From contig CM114271.1 in NCBI GenBank assembly GCA_050084515.1, positions 24,986,001-25,050,000 on the forward strand: a stretch of DNA of 64,000 nucleotides, in the 5' to 3' direction. The translations under genes and the position numbers were made by a program. Below, piece by piece: positions 39,768 to 53,888 of the stretch (the stretch's first letter is position 1; each line of letters opens with the position of its first letter). Below the pieces are notes generated by a model, which worked only from the letters and a program-made list of their open reading frames with translations, was not told the DNA's origin and ran no database searches. Source of the DNA: Blasia pusilla. Lineage: Eukaryota.

Positions 39768-40379
39768 CCACCATAGGTACTTCTAGAGTTTTCAAGGGGA
39801 ACCCTACCTTCCCCATTGTCCCCCTCTGATCTTGAATCTTGGCCCTCAACCCAAATCTAGTTGACGATCGGCGGATCGGAGTTTGACTAGTTATCCATTA
39901 AGATGGCTTCGCGGAGACTTATTACAGCTTATACAAATCTTATCTCCCCAAATACATCTTGGATCTTGGATCCGCGATTCATATGTCTCATGGCAAGCAT
40001 CCATTTTGACTTCCCATTTGGCGTCTCATGGTTGTATTGCCACCCTTTGTGTTTTGTGACTAGTCTTGTGACATCTCACCTATATGGACTACTTATGTGT
40101 TCCTATTCTCCTTTCTCACCTAAGGCTAGTCACAAGATACATGGGCGTCTTGCCTAGTGTTAGTCCTACGGCTAGTTTCGTTGCCCTTCCTAGTCTTGCG
40201 ATTAGCTAATCTACTTTGATGGGTCATACCAATGTCTTTCCTCCTTGGACCCGTGATCATGACTTGCTTCCCCGCTTCTCGCTAGTGTGGGCGCCATAGA
40301 CTAAGCTATTTTCGACATATGTTTGGCTACACATGGATCTCTATCGAGATCTCTATACTCATAATAATTTTTTTATTTT

Positions 40380-40830
40380 CTGAATTGTGATTTGGAACAA
40401 AAGGATTTTTTTTTGGATTCTTTACTTATCTTAGTGCATGTTTGTTGGGATTATCAATCTCAAAGTTTGCGTAGACATTCAAGCAAGTATACAAAAATTA
40501 TATGGTTGGTTCGATTTGATATGATCTTCATCAATTTACAACATCCCTAATCTTGGTCCACATATAGATCTTGAGTTAGCAAAGCATTACTTAGTACACA
40601 TGAACGCATCACATATTTTGGAAGACCAACCGTTCACAAAGTCTTCCGATGTTTATTCCTTTTGTTTAATTTTTTGTACAGTTTTTGAAATTATTTTTTT
40701 CTTTTTATATTTTCTACTGCATGACACATAAGGATTCAAAAACCATTCAAGGACAACATTTACGGATGAAAAGTTTGATTACTTGTTAAAGAAGATGGTG
40801 AATCCAACTTTAGGCATAGGGTCGTTTGTG
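40380..40830 (+). pseudogene. Highly decayed protein kinase fragment
   Basis: NCDL...FVGIIN...HIDLEL...DQPFTKSSDVYSFCLIF, in the order of kinase subdomains VIb-IX; resembles 58084-59001. Confidence 0.5.
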
Positions 40831-41391
40831 CACCTACTCCCTTGAGCATGAATCTTGATTATCAAGGAAGCTTGTGTTTAGCATGTCACAATCTCCTTTT
40901 TTATGTATGCCTAAACATATTTACATTATCCACATTTTGGATCAACCAACCTGGCGTCTCTCGAGTTTGGGTATTGAGTCATCCTTCAAACTCAATAAAT
41001 CTAGACAAGGTCAAATACTTACTTAACCCCTCACATCCCAAAACAAGAAAGTCATTATGAAAGACTTATGATAGACTTCCTTTTTAGTCTAGGGACATGA
41101 AATGACGCTAACACGTATAGCCATCCCAACTTCCTAATGGACCTTGAACAACTCCCTAACCAAAATTCAATATCTTAGCCTTACGTCAAGGTCTAAGGTT
41201 AGGGATCGACTCACCTTGTTGTCAAAACCCCAATGCCAACCTCTTAATCCATTATATGCTCTTGGTTCACCCCCATGGTTTTCAAGATGGGATTTACGTT
41301 CTAAACTCCCTTGGAGATCCTCCCCTTTACCTATAGTTCTAGACAAATATAACAACTCCCTTTATGGAGGGAATTCCTCTTAGGTTGCTCC

Positions 41392-41737
41392 CAAGGTTGC
41401 ACACGAACGTCCAAGTCTGTGTCTCTACGGGCCTCGGTGCTCGTGGCTCACACCCGGGCCTGTAATGTAGACATGGGCTGGATAAAGCCTACGGTAGGCT
41501 CGAAGGGCGGGGTGGGCCCCCATTGGGCAGGCTCAAGCTTGTGTGGGGATCGCGCGAGCCTTGAGCCCACCCTACGCAAGCCTCAACTTGCCTTGGGCCG
41601 CGCACGAGCTACAAAATGGGTGCGGACTCGACCCGCCTAGGTCTACATTACAGGCTCGATGGGCTCAGTTGAGGGCGGGGAAAATGGTTGGGCATGTCCG
41701 TCCCATGGAAAAACTTGTCCATTTTTGTGCAACCTTG
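41392..41737. mobile_element. hAT-superfamily MITE
   Basis: TIR CAAGGTTGCACA/TGTGCAACCTTG; 8-bp TSD gttgctcc / gtcgctct (6 of 8 match). Confidence 0.8.
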
Positions 41738-44700
41738 GTCGCTCTTTCTGCTTGTCCTTATGATCCTTAATCCAAATGATCATTGTGAAAATTTTGGGCC
41801 ACTTGCAAGGAATTTCTTTTGCATTTGTTTAGATCGTTGGTGCATTAGAATAAATTTCTCACAAGATTTCCAACTCTTTCTTATTCAATCCAAATGCGGA
41901 TTAGGTCTGGCCATTATGGCCTAAAACATGTAGAACTTCTTCACAAATTTTGCATGAAATTTCAAGGAATCCTAGAATACCACATGTATTGAGTACTAAA
42001 GTTGTGTAGGTAGCCAACTTCACCAACCAAGTAAACCATATGTGTTGTTGAACATGAGAATTATGAGCCAACACACCCATTCTCCCTTGGAACCTTCTTC
42101 AATTTTCATCTCAATCTATTTATGACTTTTTACTAGGATGGCAATGCAACTACTAGTAAAGGCTTCTACTATTTCACAAATCTCACCTTCATTTTTTGAA
42201 GAATCCTCCATTTGACCAACTAAAAAGAGAGACTACACATGGAAGTTATTATGTATAAAAGACCCTAATTTCATCTTATACACAGAAAGTATAACCCTTA
42301 AAATTCTCATTACCTTCAATAACACACAAAATATGCAATGAGGAATTCTAAGGAATCATGCGAATCTCTCAATATTCAATCAAGCACTTTTCCTCAACTT
42401 CCAAAATAAGAATAAGTAGCAAATAGGCCATGCAGTCTAATTATGTAAATATCAATCATGGTAATTATTCCAAAGTGACGGACAAATCTCTAAAAGATCA
42501 ACCAATAAATTTCTAATCTATCTTATTCCACTTAAGGCTTATAGGGACTTAGTAGGGAGGCATTGTTGGGTATGCAATTTTTCCGTCCACCTAAGGATAA
42601 CTTCCAAGAGCTTGAATGAATAAAAATTACCAAACAGAAGTATCAACCAAGTTGAAACTCTTAGGAAGGTGTCTCTAGTATTCATTAACATGTTTTTGAC
42701 CTCATTTTGGGAGAGAAAGAGGGGGAAGGGGTTGATATGTGATGAGTCTTCAAAATTTGGGAGGAAAAGAATAAATGGAGTATTTTGGAGGCAAAAGGGG
42801 GTTTTATGATAATTTTGTTTTTTGGTTTGTGAGTGTTATATGAATGATTTGCGAGTGCACCTAAACTCTTGCGTTGCAAGAAATTTTCCAATTTGTTGTG
42901 TCTCTTGGAAGTCGTAAGTTATGACGCATGATACTCGCAATTTGCAAGTCATTTGCGAGGCACACTCTTAAATCTTAATGGGAGGTATTAGTGAGTCTTT
43001 TACATCTCATTGGACTCACAAAGTTTGGAATGATTACAAACTATAGTACACTTGCATATGGCACGTACAAAGTGGAGTCACAAACTAGTCGTAAATGCAA
43101 ATGCAAAAAATGACAAATGTGCACCTCTCATTCCTAGTAGTGCTTATTAGGGCAAGTCAATAGACAAGTATAAGTTGTCCACTTCCTCAATTTTGCACGG
43201 TCTTCAACCAACTAAAGCATGACCTTGTAGTAAAGAAGATTAAGCATGTGTGCGTACGTAAGAACTCACCAACCTGGCCAAAAGAATGTTCCACAATTTC
43301 CTCAAGCCATATTAGTGTGGAGTGCGTGATTATAGCTTTCATAAAGCTTGCTCATGTGTGGGGCGATTCTTGAAAACATCTCCTGACTATCTTTATCGGT
43401 AGATAAAGATAGTTGGAATATAGAATATAGATGGAATTGGAAAATAGTTGCGTGTGGTTTCTAGGAATAATATATAGATGCATGCGCAAGTAGAGTGTTT
43501 GATGATTCTTAAACCTCATTCTACAAACAACCACAAGAAAGAAAGAGGATTTCACACGTGATTGTTTGACATAAAATTATTAACCAAGATAGGATTTGCT
43601 AATAGCTTTCATTCATCTATACTATTGAGCAAAAGTGCATATGCCACTATGAGATAAAATAGTCAAAAAATATTTTTAAAAAGAACTCAAGGTCTATTTA
43701 GGGCTTGAATGGGTCCCAATGACATACATAGAGGTTGAGGTCCAATTTTGGGAGTAACGAGTCTAGGAGGCCACTCTGCTAGTCCCTCTCAGATCTACAA
43801 ATTCCTCCATTTAAGATTCCTCTCCAATTTTTTAAAATCATTGCATAGGCATACTACATAGTAGCATCGATAGCACAAGTGGTGAAGAGTTTCCGACTGC
43901 TGGTTCTATTTTACGGATTAAACAAGTTTAGGAGACTAAAGTCACAACACTAAAAATAGTTGCCATTATAGTCGATCAATACTTCATACACACGTTCAAG
44001 TAAAAGGTGATACACAAGAAGATCTTTTATTAAGTCATACTTGAACTTGTCGATTCTATGTTCAAAACTATGATGTTTAAACAAGTTGATAACCTTGTGT
44101 ATAAGTAAATACTGCCAGTGGACTCGTGTTCAATGCACGAAGTAATTACCCTATGACTAATGATTTAATTAAATCCCAAAACTTTCAATTAATCTCTCGA
44201 ATCAATTTGAACAATTTTATTAGTTGGAGAGATTGAACAATGGAGCATGAAAAGAAACGAAAGATAATTCTTGGCGATATAAAATTATAAAATATTTATA
44301 ATCTATATTCATCATTATTGGAGAGAGTTTTTCATTTTACAAGTTATTCTCCTTTGAATGAGATCCTTCATTTTATGAAGCAGGACAAATAAGATGATTC
44401 AAAATTGATAAAAAATGACATTTGATAATCTATTATGTAAATAATTAAAAATACAATCAAAAGAAGAAACCTTCCTCCAATGGTAGTCTTTTCAAAATCC
44501 TTTTATTGACACCCATCCTCTCAAAACTTTCTATTCCTTTTAAGGGTGATTAAATTAAGAGGAAAAATCAGTCTTTTTAAGATTTTTCTATCGACACCCG
44601 TCCCTTTTAAGAGTGTCTTTTAAAACTTTCTATTGTTAACTAGTGTCCTTTTAAGGATAATTAAATTAAGAGGAAAATTGTGCCACCACGAGATAATTTA

Positions 44701-45045
44701 AGTCGTGCATAGCATGGACTTAATCTATTCCAATGGGGTTACTCGATCCACCGCAGGTCCGGGACTAATAGGACTCGTTTCCTTCTGACGGGGAACAAAT
44801 ACGGGGAGGAAGGAAAATTCCGTTTAGTCCACACGAGTGGACATTATTGAATAACAATAATAATAACTTCTTAGAAACAAAAAATAAAAAAATTCATATC
44901 GTCCGAAAGAGGACAAAAATCTCTTTAAGACGTCCCTAAAAATCGCCGTTTATAGAGCCGTGTGTAGGTATCCGTTTCTTCAAACGGGCAGTCGCCGTTG
45001 CCACGACTCCGAGGGGCCTCCCAACTCTGGAAGTGAGTGGCCCTA

Positions 45046-45955
45046 TCTATATAATAATTGGCGACCACATATGCATAATACGACTAGATAGCGGGACAAT
45101 AAGACAAAATAACAACGTCTTTGAATTTTTTTGCCTTGGCCTTGGTTAGAAATCGAACAAAGGCAACGAATAGGGATTTGAGTCGAATATATATTAATCA
45201 ATTAAAATTCAATTTAATATTATAATGGGTAATTATAAATATTATAAATATTAAGAATTTTGATAAATAACCAAAATTTTAGAAATTTTACCTCAATTCA
45301 TATTTGATGGAAAAAAGAAATAAAATTTTAATGGACTGGTAGATTTTGTTTAAATTTTATGGAAAGATAAAATTACTTAGTGTTATGAGATATCATTTAA
45401 ATTTGAATGGAGGATTGTAATTACTAAGAACTGTGAAATGTTATTATTCTTCTAAGATTTTTGAAAATAAATATCGTATTAAAAAATTTAAAAGAAATAA
45501 TATGATAAAATTTTTAAATAATTTTATTAATATACATATGATTCTTTTGGAAAGGAAAATGAATTTTAATGGAAAAGAGAAATTATTTTGTCAATTAAAG
45601 ATTTTGGTTAGTGAATGTTATTTTGGTGTGAAGAATGGAGGGGAAGAATAGTTATTGTTTGAGCTTTTACATAGGATTGAAATTATTTAGGGGAGATGGG
45701 TGTTATTTAAATGTGATTTTTTTTACTCTTTTAAGATTAAGTGGAAATTATATTTAAATTTTGAATTTTAATTTTAAATAAATGTTATTGACCCTATTTA
45801 TATTTGGTTATTGGAAAAAAAATTTCACATGTTATGGACAAGGAAAAAAAATTTAAATGTGTGCACCTTCATTAATTTCAAAACTTTATTTTTTTCAAAA
45901 AAAATTTAAATTTGTATACATCTTCAAACATTTTTTTTCCCGGGTACCGAACTAG
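45046..45955 (+). mobile_element. Non-autonomous Helitron, same family as 16322-17375
   Basis: A|TCTATATAAT start, CTAG|T end at 45952-45956, shared AT-rich interior. Confidence 0.65.
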
Positions 45956-46908
45956 TTCTCCTAAGAGAATTCCCTTCGAAGAAATCCGTATCTGCCCAAG
46001 AACGCAGTTTTTTAAAACTGCTACCGTCTTTTGGAAGAAATCAAAATTTTATGACTCTTTTTAAATTTTATTATTATTCTTATTTGAAGACATGCGGCAT
46101 CCTCGAAACTAAGTGTACTTGGTAGATTAATCGCTGTAAAAAGCCGAAGGCACAGTCAGGAGGCCCTTCATTCTGCTTTTAAAGGAAAGCTGCGAGCTCC
46201 AAACTACCACGCAAATCGACTCGGAGCATAAGATCGACACATCCGATTGGAAATGTTTCAATGAGCTCGCGTCTCTGTAGGCATCCCACCAGAGTCAAAA
46301 GTAGTACAAAATCCTCAATAGTTCTACTAAACCAAAGCCTATAAGTGATCCCGTGATTCTCCATGAGGCACTTCAAACGCTACTACTCATGAGCAAATAC
46401 GGTAGAATTACGGCACTCAAACTAAAATGAATGGGTGAGTTGCGTGGGTCCTAGACTGATCTAGTCTATGACCTTCCTCCTAAATTCCATCAACATATGT
46501 GAGGCCCTTGGTTGGAATCCGACCAAGTACATATCCAAACTGATTTCTCCGGTTGCGCCACGCTTTCCTCGAAAGCCGTTCACTGCCATCACTTGAACGG
46601 TCTGTAGTGAACTATGTCTGTAGGTTCTACATTGCTATGTCTGTCTGACCTACGGGAATGACCATCGACGACAAATATGCCTCGGTTCTCGGGATGACTT
46701 GGAGAGTGATTGTTTTGTTGGCGACTCCTTCCTGCTTCCAAAGACCGGGAGCAGTTAGAGATCCATCTTCGACAGCAATGCGCAAATGCTTGAGGGCCAA
46801 CATGGCGACAGGAGTATTCTTGCAACTAGTAAGTCTTCTTGTTACAGAAGCAAACATAACATTGTCAGCTTACCAGGAAATCGACTCCTCGGACGCTCCC
46901 GTAGTGCT

Positions 46909-49407
46909 TCAATCTTGCCCATCCTTCCGCTGTTTCTTCACTGTAGGAGAAGGAGAGGAATCTCTTCTTTCGGGGTTCCTTATTGTTTGGTGGTCTTCGT
47001 CTTCTTTCTCCTCCTTGATCTCGCTCGAGATATCTTCAATCACGCTGACCGCTTTGACGCCTTGACTCTCAATATTTCGTGGAACAGGACGATTCACACG
47101 GTTGCGTTCCTCTTCTAGCAGTAACTCGTAGCGTGTCTTCCGAAAGTCTTGGACACGTTCCAGTTTGGAAGAGAACTCATAATCGAAAAGTGCAGCTTTC
47201 TCGATGCGGTGCCGTAGAGATGCGAGCTCTGTGTGGTTGCACTCCCAGGCCTTGAACGTTTCATCGAAGATTTCGCGGGTTTTCCATATTTTGCAATATG
47301 CTCTCTTTCCGCGACCTCCTTCTCGTCCTTCCGCCTTGTAGCCGATCTGACAAGCTGTGCCGTTGAAGTAGGAGTATCTGAAGGTTCGAGCTTCAGAAAG
47401 ACTTTGAAATCCCCTACACACATACGTTTGAAGAGGACCCTTGAGGAAATCCTCGACGTTTTGATTGCCTGGAATGCGAGCGTCTGGTTGACACCAAGTG
47501 AAGACTGGCTCTGGTAAATCGGGGAGCTGGGAAAGGCGCTGGCTGACCAAAGTTCGCATCGCACTGCGTCCCGACCTGGTGGAAGTGGTGTTCTGCCAAA
47601 CACTCTCAGATTCCAGTATCACTTTCAAGTTTGTCTGACCTTGGCTCCGCAGCTCCAGCTCCATAAGTCTATCCACGACGAGTTTCAGTAATTCGCCATC
47701 CTGCAGCCAAATGAAGGCTAGGAAGATGTCCTCGATGATTTCCGACGAGGTTCTCAGCCGACCATAACAACTCCATTTAGAATAGAATTTCGAACTCTGA
47801 GTGGGTGATAGGAAGTCGTCTCTCTTCGTTATCGCCTGGCACAAAGTCAGGAACATGCCGAACCTCTGTGAGTCCTGATTTAGAAGTACTGATGGTTCCC
47901 CGGCGCTGGGATCGTCGCCTGGAACGATAGAAGTAGTGAACATTCGCTTAATATTGACAAACACGTAACATAAAGTGGCGGTGGTGACATTCAGGAGGTC
48001 CAGGTACACCAATTTGGACCAATTGAAGAGTTCCACGAAACAAAATATCATCGCCCAGATAGCAACTACGCCAGAAGTTTGAAATTTCTTATAAACTTTG
48101 CCCTCACTCGAGAGGAGCGTTAAAGTTTTTTTGGCCACAGCAAATGCGGCCGCGTTGCATCCACGAGACTGAAGATAGAGGGCGAGCATTGCAAAACACT
48201 CAGCCTGCTCCACAAACTTTGGCTGGACGAGGAGCTGCTTGATCACAGAGCTGTAGGCCTCCCATCCATCACGCTGCACTGCCGAGGCTATCTGCTTGGC
48301 GACATCGACTGTTAATATGCCGTGAAATTCCGACATTGTCCTGGTTTTACCTGGCCCGCTTGCACGAGATTCTCTTACCAAGATGGTTCGCGCCCGTAGG
48401 GCTTTTAGAACCCGTAGCACATCCCAACTGTCGCCATCTGACCGGAGAAGGCTCAACAGTCTGGCAGTCCATGCCCCATTGTCACGTCTGCTGAAGATTT
48501 CGTGGGTATAGCAGCTTGACGCCGCATAATGCGGCAGTTCCTTCTTCCAGGCCTTCACTTGGAAGTCGACGAGCTCACGCAAATTTCTCAAAGCTTCTGG
48601 GGATTTCTCATGAATCTTGACTTCAACTTCGTCCAAAGCTCTAGAGAAACTCTCGTTGCAGCGGATGTGCGTATTGCGGAATTTGGGCCAGACAACTATC
48701 ATAGCAACCTTACAACACTCACGGTCTTCCTCATGCCCATCGACCACCGCGATTCCGTGAAAATAATCTTCGTCTTGGTGCGTCTTGACCACTTCAGAAT
48801 CGACCTCGATTCCATTTCTCTCGAAAATGACAGATTGATCCTGCGTGTCGATCCAGTGACTCGTTTCGAAGTTCTCCACGAGTTTCCACCTGAAGTACCC
48901 TTCGTCGTAGCATTCCCAATTGTCGTCCGCATTCTCTGGAGAGCTTTCATCTGAATAGAGCTCATGAGACCCATAGCATGTACTGTAGCGCCATAGATCG
49001 TCGTAACCCCCGACAACTTTACGAAGCTGATATTTCGTGAGGAAGCACAGGTGAACCTCGAGCAAGGAGTCATAGCCTTCGTTAAGCACAGTCCTCTCTT
49101 TGCCACAGTTTTGAAGAAGGTCTGCAACCACCCGATCCTTACCTCTCAGTCCTGCAAAGCTCAATTCCTGCTCTGTGTAGAGATTCTCCAGTGGTATCGC
49201 CAACTTCTGTGGCGTTTCAGGTTTGTACAGTTTGAGATTCCTCACCCAGCGTCGCAAGCTATCTTCAACTTCTGTAATGCTCAGCCTTTGCCTCGCCTTC
49301 CTCCAGCAAATCTCGTCACCGACCGCAAAACTGTCATCTCTCTCTTCTTCTGTTGAAGCCGGGCCATTCCACAAGGCATCCAGCAGTTCCGCACTCTTAC
49401 GCAGCAT
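46909..49407 (-). CDS. Intronless 832-aa protein of unknown function; resembles the non-catalytic C-terminal region of a microbial 2OG-Fe(II)-oxygenase-associated protein family
   Basis: 2.5-kb uninterrupted ORF. Recalled family-like motifs: KLAIPLENLYTEQELSFAGLRGKDRVVADLL, VHLCFL, AMIVVWP, PVFTWCQPDARIPGNQNVEDFLKGP, GRGKRAYCKIWKT. Family assignment is from memory only. Confidence 0.75.
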   Translation of the reverse strand: MLRKSAELLDALWNGPASTEEERDDSFAVGDEICWRKARQRLSITEVEDSLRRWVRNLKLYKPETPQKLAIPLENLYTEQELSFAGLRGKDRVVADLLQNCGKERTVLNEGYDSLLEVHLCFLTKYQLRKVVGGYDDLWRYSTCYGSHELYSDESSPENADDNWECYDEGYFRWKLVENFETSHWIDTQDQSVIFERNGIEVDSEVVKTHQDEDYFHGIAVVDGHEEDRECCKVAMIVVWPKFRNTHIRCNESFSRALDEVEVKIHEKSPEALRNLRELVDFQVKAWKKELPHYAASSCYTHEIFSRRDNGAWTARLLSLLRSDGDSWDVLRVLKALRARTILVRESRASGPGKTRTMSEFHGILTVDVAKQIASAVQRDGWEAYSSVIKQLLVQPKFVEQAECFAMLALYLQSRGCNAAAFAVAKKTLTLLSSEGKVYKKFQTSGVVAIWAMIFCFVELFNWSKLVYLDLLNVTTATLCYVFVNIKRMFTTSIVPGDDPSAGEPSVLLNQDSQRFGMFLTLCQAITKRDDFLSPTQSSKFYSKWSCYGRLRTSSEIIEDIFLAFIWLQDGELLKLVVDRLMELELRSQGQTNLKVILESESVWQNTTSTRSGRSAMRTLVSQRLSQLPDLPEPVFTWCQPDARIPGNQNVEDFLKGPLQTYVCRGFQSLSEARTFRYSYFNGTACQIGYKAEGREGGRGKRAYCKIWKTREIFDETFKAWECNHTELASLRHRIEKAALFDYEFSSKLERVQDFRKTRYELLLEEERNRVNRPVPRNIESQGVKAVSVIEDISSEIKEEKEDEDHQTIRNPERRDSSPSPTVKKQRKDGQD

Positions 49408-52400
49408 ATCTTCACCCTTTCAAACAGACACGTCTGTACCTCTTCTAGAAAACGTGGGCCTTTCTGAGCACTTCAGATTTCACAATTCGAGAGTTTTCCG
49501 GAACATCAAGTAGCGCGACGAAGGGAATCATGCAACGCCGAGTAATCTGCCGCACCAATCAACCCGAGGCTCCGCTTATCCTGCTTCCAACACGATCGGA
49601 ATCAGGAAACGGAGTAATTGGCTCACATCAGACCGCGCGAATCGTGGCAAGCAAATGAAAACAGGAAAATTCTAGAGGAGTTGTACAGAGACTTTAGATC
49701 CCCATTAAGAAATGCAAAGTGCGATAGGGAAGTCCGTCGACTTTGTTCATTAGTACTATTCCGAACTTGTGAATCAAACTCCAGTCGGTGGGACACAATG
49801 CTTAAGAGGACCATCAGAACACACAAAGCTTAGAGGCCCACTACAACATGCAGACTGTGGTAGGAAAGGCTATATCAACAGTGGTTCACCGTCAGTAGTC
49901 CAGAATAAATTCGTTGTCATGCAATAGAGACAATACTTCTCGAAATACCTAGAATTGCCACCGGTTACGGAGATTGCTTTCAAACTTGATCATCCAAACA
50001 GGAAGACTTCTGGACAAAATACCCTCCACTCGACACTACCGGAATGAATATTCAAGGACTTCACAATCGCAAGGCCAGATGAACTTGGAAGTAAAAGATG
50101 GATCACCAATCTAATCATCGGGAAGTTGAGGAGATTTGCTGTTCTTGTGAAGTCGAATTCCGCTACAAGTGCAATGTCAATCAAGGATTATAAACGGGGA
50201 ATATGCATTCGTGGAATCAAGCGCACCACTCCCTCCGCCGCCCCTCCTTCTGTTCGCTTCTCATAGTGTTTCACAGGTCGATGCTGCGCCATTCGTACAC
50301 TCACCGCTTTAAGCTTCGAAATTGCGACGGATTGCGTGAGGAAGTCAGCCTACCCTTCAAGTCTCCAGCGGTGAGCGAACCGCGGGAAAGTGAAGAACAG
50401 AATTCGTTCTTGTCCGGAAGGAGATCGTCTTGTCCGGAAAATTGACAACCAACCTTACCGATTACGGAGACATGTCCTTCTGAATTATGTGAACCTTAAG
50501 GAAAGCGTGACTCCTTGCCCGGAATGGCAGACACCATTAAATCCCCGCCGCCACGCTCTACATCAGTCTCGGCCGTATTTAGCCTACCACATATCTCAAG
50601 TACCTACGATACGTCACGCACGCTATGATACCAAGTTCAGAAACCCAAGCCAACCATCGCCCGCGGAGGCATTGCGTTGAACTTCCGTCGGACGTTGTCG
50701 ACTCCACAACTCGCGCGCCATTTGCTTCGCCTTCGCAGTTCCCCTGACCCCAGACAGGCAGACCGCACTCACTAGTCACTCTCAGCCTCAACTTTGAAGC
50801 GCGCACAGTGACTGAATGCGGTTGACGGTGACGACGACCTCTCGCACGAACCGATATTATTATCCTGTGTCGACGGAAGTCCATGGAAGAGGCCCAGTTT
50901 GGTAACTACATCCCCCCTATTTAGAAAAAATTAGCATGGTCTTCGGTGACTGACCGTAACCGCGATGCGCTGATCTGGACTTTTCTCGCAATTCTTACTA
51001 GTTAGAGCGGCGGGTGTACTGCTACTGCTGCGACCGCCTTGCGCCAATCACATCGTAGATTGCGGGGTAAAGTCACGAGATTTGCCTGTACTGTCGCGGT
51101 TTCACGACCTCTCGAAAACTGCGCGAATTGGAAAGGAACGCGAGCGATGATAGGAATAGAAACAAACGGTACCTGGCGGATGAAGATTGAATAAAATATC
51201 TCGTTATGTTTTTTTGCAAGCGAATACTGTTGCGGTCCTGCGAGATATTTACTACGTAGCGAAGGACCGCGTAGTGATGATTGGAAAGGAAAGGAACGCT
51301 GAGTTGTCAGTGGATTCGAGATGGAAATTTCGTTCTATTTTGCGAGCGAACTTCTACTGCGAACGCTACTGCGTAGTGATTTCTCTAGATTGGGATTGAA
51401 TCTGCCCAATTTTTTCTTTATTTTTAGCTCACCCCGAAAACCTCACTGATCAGAAAATCTTCCCGAAACTGAATGAATCTGCATGGTTTTTATCAAATTG
51501 CAAAGGAACGCATAGTGATGATTGAATAGAAGCAAACGCCGACTCGTGTTGGGAGTCTGGACGGGAGACGGAAAGTTTCGTCATTAGTTGCACGAGAACA
51601 CTACTGGATAGTACTTTTCAATAGAGAAGGAAATGAAGGTATACGAGTCTGGATCAACCCATGCAAGGAGATATAATTCTTGTGCTAATGATCAGGTTCA
51701 TATTCCTGATGAACCTTCGCTCCCGTGTTTGGTGACACGAGCAGAAACTTGCAAAGGATTAGATGGTGGTGAGGAACTTCCTTGTTTCTAGAAACATTTG
51801 ACACTCCTCTGACAGTTTTCTCCACGTTATTGGCCTCAAGCTAGTTCATGTCTTACAACGAAATGCGGAAGCGGAGGACATTGACAGCCTTTCGCCCAGT
51901 GCATTTCGATTTTATCTACTACACGCGAATCAGGAACTCTCCGTCCCAACCGAGACATGCGTAGAACTCCATCAACTCATTGAAAGTACAAACTACTCGA
52001 TGTGATCAGTTTCTGGGGCTGTCCTCAAGATATGGATAGTAGCCATACGCTACCAACTGTACAAACTACCATCACCATGATCGAGGAGGATGTACCAGAG
52101 AAACATCTGAATGATTTCTGGAGCTAACCTTCACCCGGCGTAAGGGGTCTGGGTCCTTGGGGCCAAGCTTCAGTGACCAACGCTCAGCGAGAAGTCGGGT
52201 CCACTCTGCTGGAGGGCTGTTCGGACATGCTCGCGATCGTAGACTTAACTCTAATACTTGTCAAGCTGCTGGTGCGGGTAGTGAGACCCTTGGAGCTCTT
52301 TAGCCGTCTAAGGATGTCGTGAAGGTGTTTGCAGCCCACGTGTATCTTTACCCTTTAAGATAGCCGCCGAGGCATGGGTCAGAACTCTTGGAGATTACGT

Positions 52401-53888
52401 GAGGGTACCCATCTCTCTCTCTGTCTCCTTATTTTTGTCCACTTCTGCATGGTCCTATGCAACCGCATGCTTGAAAATCGTCGCCATCAGAGAAGTGCAG
52501 TTCAGTATTGAGGTGCTCACTGTCTCCTACATATATGCAAAGTCATCATCACACTCAGGATGATAGACCTTCAAAAAGTATAAAAGCTCCGCGCAAGAAC
52601 TACTGGAATCAGCGAGCAGTACCTGACGCGCTCGATCGATTCTAGCTAGCTAACGTCCGTTGGGACTCCAAAGCTCGACGCATTCAAGCAGTGACTGCTA
52701 CAAACATTCATCCGCAGAACCTGAGTCGCGACTGTCGTGGAAGGAAAGAAAGATTCCGAGGTTTCATTCTGACTCGGAAGACGTTGTGCAGAATATTTAT
52801 GTGCGTGCCAACGCGGCATTTTAGAGGCATAGATCGGGATCTGATTTTGGGGACTCGAACGATGGGCTATCCTGATTCCCGGGGATGAAACCCGATCAGA
52901 TCGGATCCGGTCAGCGACCATTCTTCTCACGAACACACTAAGTCGTAGAAACATAACTCGAGACTTTATGCAAATGGATCCAGTGAATCTAAGAGAGGAG
53001 AAAAATCTTTGTGAATACACACATTTAATTTCATTTTCCACCATTAAACTGGTTTAAGCGAATTAAGCAAACACACCCTTGAAAGCGCGGGGTTAGGAGT
53101 AAAAAACCATGTTTAATCATTAAAATTTATAGAAAATTAACAGTGAGGTGCGTGGGCATGTTTTCCACTAAATAAGTAAATGAAGTATTAGAAAAGAAGT
53201 CTATTGATTCAAGTTTACTAGAAGATGTAATGGTTACAACAATATCCAATTACCCTACATGAAGACTACATTTATATTACTAGCAATTTTTGGCCTTAGG
53301 TGAATGAAAAAACTCACATGTGGAGGATGATAATGTGAAATTAGAGGATACACTAGGAATAAGGTTGAATTTAAAAGAATGAGAAAATATCAAAAAGATG
53401 ATTTTTTATAGTACATTTAACTTGGCTCAAGACCATTTTTCATATATTTTCCTTTATTAATTTTGAAAATTTAATTTGTTCCTTTTCCAGTCAACATTTC
53501 TCAAAATGAAAGAAAATCGCATATTTTGATGAACTTTTTCCCAAAAAGAGGGATTAAAATTTTCCCCCAATCTAACTTGAAAGTTAAAAATAATATAGAA
53601 ATAATATGTCTACTTTTACTCTGAAGAATAATTCTTGTCCCATTAGTGTCCTATTATCCTTTTCATTTTTTTCCAAAATAAAAATTAACTTATCCTCAAA
53701 ACTAAACTTCAAAATTTTTTTCATGAGCCTTGAAAAAATAATTATAAATTTTCAAATGAAGAAAGATTTAAAAAAAAGAAAGAGACTCTAGAAGATTTCA
53801 TCGGGTAAGATGTTTGAATTTGAGTTAATTATAAATAATTATTAATTATTAAAACCTTACCCATTCTTGTTTTCTGTTTAATATAGGC

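Noticed and set aside
42850-43142. CACTA-like terminus (reverse complement CACTACTAGG at 43142) with gcgag/gtcg subterminal motifs
   Set aside because: Only one end seen; no partner TIR or TSD.
49600-53050. GC-balanced region with several 60-130 aa ORFs
   Set aside because: No domain or splice chain found; may be UTR or promoter of the 832-aa gene, or non-coding RNA.
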